From Paraphysomonas bandaiensis (taxonomy: Eukaryota; Protista; Chrysophyceae): DNA of 11,771 bases. The stretch spans positions 1 to 11,771 of the forward strand of contig CBFFRP010000205.1 of the NCBI GenBank assembly GCA_965644295.1, written 5' to 3'. Below are positions 9,701 to 11,771 of the stretch, one piece after another (positions within the stretch are counted from its first letter, which is position 1; every line of letters begins with the position of its first letter). Made by a program: the position numbers and the translations under genes. The notes beneath the pieces are model-generated. The model was not told the origin of the DNA. It saw nothing but the letters and a program-made list of their open reading frames with translations, and did no database searches.

Positions 9701-11537
9701 CAGAAGACTTTCTAGCATTGGTACATGGGGTAGGACAATATGACACAGAAAAACCACAACAGCCGGGTGTAGATGAACGAAAAGTTGCCTTCAAATCATC
9801 ATGCAAAACGGCTAAAACTGTGGTGCTGAAGGTGGTATCCAACGTGGATGAAGGGAGTAAATACGGGTCAAAGGATGACGACGGGATTAACAAAGCATCA
9901 GTGGATGAGCTAACTGTATAGTCTTTGGACGCGTTGGATGTGACAGAGGGATCACTGACGTGACAAATATCGTTCGGAAAACGAGCAACAGGTTCACATA
10001 TTGCAGGACCTTGAATAGGAAGATTCGCAGTCCAATACCTCATATCATAATGGAAGTAGATTTGATGTCGAACGCCATTGTACATGATGGAGGCAATCTT
10101 GTCTCCATTGTCCATCTGCCGGAAGTGCCACCCTTGATCAAACATGAGCCCTTCAGAAAGTAAATTCTGGGAGATCTGTGGATAATATTTAACTCTCTTG
10201 AAGAATGAAATATCGCCCTCTCCAGACGCTTTTAGCTGATGGTCATCAGCAACCTTAATAAAATGGCGTGACGTTGGTACAAAACATGATAAATGCGTAC
10301 AATCATTAACCAAATGGTCAAAACATCCACCATCAAGAATAAAGCGTATAGTTGATGCTGATGAAGTCTTTGGGGCCACTGTAGAAGATGGAAGGACCAT
10401 CAAGACATCATTGGAATCACTACTATGTGTCTGTGAATAAGGGGAATCATCAGTATCCATGAACTGTACATGTCTGGTCGGTGCACGGTGTGTGCCAGAA
10501 CGGCCTCTGCCACGATTTGATTTGGGTGGGCGTCCACGTCCTCGACCGCTTCTATTGACCAAAATTGAGGGCCTAGGGTTAGCAGCATGCTGTGGAGCAT
10601 TTTGAGGCACTTCTGGTTGTCGTGCAGGAGGTGCGGGGGGTTTAGGCCTTTTCGGGCAGTTCATGACGTAATGACCAAATTGGCCGCAACGCAAACAGTG
10701 AATGTCTTCCAAATCCCGTTTTTTCTTGGAAACTGAAAAATTGGGATTTCTGTAACAAGTTTCTGGAGAATGTGTGCATTTTTTGTTACAATGCGGACAC
10801 ACTGATTTTTGTTTGGAAGAGGGTAACGCGCTTGTTTCATAGAGAGGCAGCTGTTCTTCTATCCGAATAAGAATTTCCTCGAAGGACAAACCACGCATAG
10901 TTGCACGCAAAAGAGAGCGAAGAGACTGCTCTTTGGAGGGGTCTCTGAAGCCAGTAAATAACTGCTGATTGAGGTCGGCGTCTGGGATATTATGCCGCTG
11001 CGCCATCGTTTTCAGGCGTTTGGCAAAGGAGGCAACCTGTTCAGTGGAACCCTGTTTAGCCAAATAGAAGGCCTGCCGTTCCGTAGCCCGGTCTTCCGAA
11101 GATTTCGTCCGGTCGATATAGGCCAATAGATTCTTCCATGCCTGGAGACCGTCATCGTTGTCGCTGTCCAATCCGATGTGCGCACGACTGGAGGGATTGG
11201 TCTGAAATGCGCGCCATAATGCAGAGTATACGATCATATTTTTTTCGTCATACAGTGATTGACGCCATTCCGCAAGCGCTTTGACATCATCATCAGCATC
11301 AATAGGAGGTGTCGCAACACGTATGGACTTCTCGGTGATGATGTCCAATAGTTTTGTCGACTTCAGCATTGCTCGAAAGTCTGTTTCGAAGGCTTCAAAG
11401 TCTTGCAGACGTGCTGGATACTGCGGAACATCCCAAGAGGGAAGTATAAGAGACAGATTATCGAGGTGAGATGATAATCGTTTGCATTGATCCAGTGTTA
11501 ACTCCTGGATAGGGTTTTTGGAGACAGGGAGAGCCAT
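6642..11537 (-). CDS. Copia gag-pol polyprotein (~1631 aa from ATG at 11537); C-terminus probably frameshifted by a small deletion
   Basis: Zn knuckles CPHCNKKCTHSPETC (10755-10799) and CLRCGQFGHYVMNC (10656-10697). Protease FILDGGCFDH (D at 10332-10334). Integrase HLQLGH..CEVD and DD35E (IHVD 9348-9350, LSDPGTEF 9156-9158, TIERGNRT 9048-9050), then FVGY and RRSTR. RT KWVFKKK, RARLVVKGYTQIHGVDYDETFSPV, LYGLKQASR, YVDD (7650-7661), TRPDI. RNase H FSDANWA, SEY, VDNTSAI, KHIEIRHHFIR, NVAD. The ORF track's start at 11561 is TTG, so the ATG 8 codons later is preferred. Confidence 0.95.
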   Translation of the reverse strand: MALPVSKNPIQELTLDQCKRLSSHLDNLSLILPSWDVPQYPARLQDFEAFETDFRAMLKSTKLLDIITEKSIRVATPPIDADDDVKALAEWRQSLYDEKNMIVYSALWRAFQTNPSSRAHIGLDSDNDDGLQAWKNLLAYIDRTKSSEDRATERQAFYLAKQGSTEQVASFAKRLKTMAQRHNIPDADLNQQLFTGFRDPSKEQSLRSLLRATMRGLSFEEILIRIEEQLPLYETSALPSSKQKSVCPHCNKKCTHSPETCYRNPNFSVSKKKRDLEDIHCLRCGQFGHYVMNCPKRPKPPAPPARQPEVPQNAPQHAANPRPSILVNRSGRGRGRPPKSNRGRGRSGTHRAPTRHVQFMDTDDSPYSQTHSSDSNDVLMVLPSSTVAPKTSSASTIRFILDGGCFDHLVNDCTHLSCFVPTSRHFIKVADDHQLKASGEGDISFFKRVKYYPQISQNLLSEGLMFDQGWHFRQMDNGDKIASIMYNGVRHQIYFHYDMRYWTANLPIQGPAICEPVARFPNDICHVSDPSVTSNASKDYTVSSSTDALLIPSSSFDPYLLPSSTLDTTFSTTVLAVLHDDLKATFRSSTPGCCGFSVSYCPTPCTNARKSSADGTVHTPPSKRQCVRRDRSRYSNVKTPPNCSSMAPVISKAAHAFLLLHLQLGHPAYSILYDALRHGKITGFPYSWRSIDINQLPHCEVDYISKSTRSRPSKSPRMRAEYPAQIIHVDLKGPFMTRGIGGVRYWMLFLDDFSTMMFIYFLKKKSDALVEGLHRFVLEEVFPYGVRDFILLSDPGTEFINEDFKNYCLRNNIRHMPSPAGNKRYSGTIERGNRTTAEKERCLRTYSGLPKRTWPLSATHVILLHALNFSRSLGMTPWEAWHGQPPTIANLHVYGMECYYHNLHFSSSQGGNPGEIVRFVGYVPYSRSTYKVYRPSTGMVLETADVRFIQHAFKLVSPFQARDRIHDESDDELVQEEDTDGNDPSVQCHKPDAIFELDKKSVEAADGFATSEIVSQPAPDVVPQTEGRSFTSTGTTSRQPRERDTHTPIVRRSTRSRKPVERLLFHLALVTTAYEPTIMVHSAPGSDDSYNVFAVFDAPLSYAAAQRSADNAKWEEAMQEELTGLQAQGTWKVVDIPPDANLMRSKWVFKKKTDKDGNIVRYRARLVVKGYTQIHGVDYDETFSPVVRHSTLRIVLALCAHYGLYVHHLDVPKAFPQSDIDYDCYMSAPPGSRLPRGKCYKLLKSLYGLKQASRLFHNMMTAFLLSISFTQCTSDTCVFYHQSDDGFVIICVYVDDIAIAASSISLLNKFCVLLHQKFRTNDLGPLEWFLGIRIHTSKDRHTVQLSQCQYINDLIEYVDPIHPINSTSPVPMANHVKLSASMSPSTDEEKIYMGNIPYRTVVGKLMYVMVCTRPDIAFAVGCCARFLSNPGREHWNAVVQILKYLKGSADLQLTYRRQSNNPPTLQAFSDANWANYDVDTRRSQSGAAFLLAGACIAWFSKLQQSLALSTMDSEYYSMGDTSKEGISHNTVCAELTFPRSPAKPVQPDTLEIKVDNTSAINLSVNPVFHKRSKHIEIRHHFIRQLVQNNIVRFVYVDSANNVADAPAWSSFSISNTVSSCKSAHKSTTYSD

Positions 11538-11580
11538 GCTAATGAATAAAAGGGCAAACAAAGGTTATAGATCGCGAGAA

Positions 11581-11590
11581 TCCGCTACCA
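11581..11590 (-). promoter_or_regulatory. Primer binding site TGGTAGCGGA (initiator tRNA-Met type)
   Basis: Minus-strand TGGTAGC is complementary to the ..GCUACCA 3' end typical of eukaryotic tRNAi-Met (compare Ty1 TGGTAGCGCC). It lies between the LTR end and the gag ATG. Confidence 0.8.
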
Positions 11591-11593
11591 AGT

Positions 11594-11770
11594 TGAACTA
11601 TAAGGTATAGACTTGGTGTAAAGAGAATAATGATTAGAGATTACACATGTAACATGTCGATACATTGTACTAAGTGTGTGGATATGCATGCATGTGGTGT
11701 AATGTCCATTCATTCAATATACGTCGTACGTATGCAATAGGGAAACTACGGAAGCGAAGTTTATACTTCA
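11594..11770 (-). repeat. Putative 5' LTR (~177 bp)
   Basis: Bounded by TG..CA with an imperfect terminal inverted repeat (TGAACTATAA at 11594-11603 vs reverse complement TGAAGTATAA of 11761-11770, 9/10). It ends 3 nt before the PBS. No second copy is available to confirm the limits, so the alternative 11591..~11773 is possible. Confidence 0.7.
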
Positions 11771-11771
11771 A

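Larger units (their letters stand above)
6642..11770 (-). mobile_element. Ty1/copia LTR retrotransposon (5' LTR, PBS, gag-pol); 3' end and 3' LTR not found in window
   Basis: Domain order gag-PR-IN-RT-RH is diagnostic of copia. LTR-like TG..CA segment and PBS lie directly upstream of the ORF. The true 3' boundary is uncertain and may extend to ~5310. Confidence 0.95.

Noticed and set aside
7832-11469. Short ORFs overlapping gag-pol in other frames or on the other strand
   Set aside because: Shadow ORFs of the long polyprotein with no motifs.

Overview
Eukaryotic, transposon-dense DNA with no recognisable host gene. The right half (minus strand) holds a nearly intact Ty1/copia LTR retrotransposon. 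It has a short (~177 bp) 5' LTR at the window end, an initiator-tRNA-Met-type PBS, and a single gag-PR-IN-RT-RNaseH ORF of ~1631 aa. The RNase H end is disrupted, and ~1.1 kb of unidentified, broken coding-like sequence follows it. No 3' LTR was found in the window. The centre contains two decayed DNA-transposon remnants joined head-to-tail on the plus strand: a Harbinger/ISL2EU-like (DDE_Tnp_4-type) transposase N-terminus and a Crypton-type tyrosine-recombinase gene. An 18-copy 30-bp minisatellite lies upstream of them. The left part has a perfect 194-bp tandem duplication, a 27-bp inverted repeat bracketing a decayed ORF with a Tudor-like tail, low-complexity tracts and a hairpin-rich first 460 bp. 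The transposon types suggest a stramenopile/protist or fungal host (inference only). I see no proven new system. The best candidates are the atypical copia lineage (HHCD, DGG, AT-hook, extra 3' coding region) and the inverted-repeat-flanked cargo.
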